Part shown: positions 63,800-64,000 of the stretch, in pieces
Layout of the letters: each line of letters starts with the position of its first letter
How positions within the stretch are numbered: position 1 is the first letter of the stretch
NCBI RefSeq assembly: GCF_009914755.1
Contig: NC_060929.1
Direction: 5' to 3' (one strand)
DNA from: the human T2T-CHM13v2.0 reference genome, Homo sapiens
Length of the DNA stretch: 64,000 nucleotides
The notes under the pieces: model-generated
What the model was told of the DNA's origin: nothing
The model's database searches: none
Seen by the model: only the letters and a program-made list of their open reading frames with translations
Translations under genes and position numbers: made by a program

Positions 63800-64000
63800 T
63801 TTCTTTTTTTTTTTTTTGAGACACGGTTTCATTCTGTCACCCAGGCTGGAGTGCAGTTGTGCATTCATGGCTCACCACAGCCTTGAACCCCCAGGCTCAG
63901 GTGATCCTCTCACCTCAGCCTCCCCAGTAGCTGGGACTACAGGGGCACACCATCAAGCCCCGGGTAATTTTTGAAATTTTTATAGAGACAGGATTTTACC
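63800..64000 (-). mobile_element. AluJ, cut by the window end
   Basis: Poly-T then antisense Alu right arm. Confidence 0.88.

Overview
Primate, almost certainly human, genomic DNA: AT-rich and dense in Alu, L1, L2, MIR, LTR and DNA-transposon relics. Nearly all ORFs in the supplied track are repeat-derived or chance. One real gene can be rebuilt by hand on the + strand: ATP6AP1L (V-ATPase accessory subunit Ac45/S1-like). It has seven GT-AG coding exons with matching phases: 11238-11333, 19276-19316, 19563-19621, 20404-20639, 25938-25988, 28392-28632 and 33777-34079. The most notable observation is that the whole frame is open except for one extra A in an A9 run just after the start codon (11243-11251), which gives MGKKNLV-stop. 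With A8 the exons join into a 1026-nt ORF encoding a 341-aa type I membrane glycoprotein with a signal-peptide-like N-terminus. The gene therefore looks inactivated by a single, slippage-prone base. An 80-nt intron-4 segment (21191-21270) supplies an alternative start for a 224-aa signal-less form and would be a poison exon for the long form. The 3' half of the window is non-coding and includes a MER9/HERV-K(HML-3) solo LTR and ERVL relics. Repeat family names and boundaries were recognised by eye and are approximate; no searches were run.
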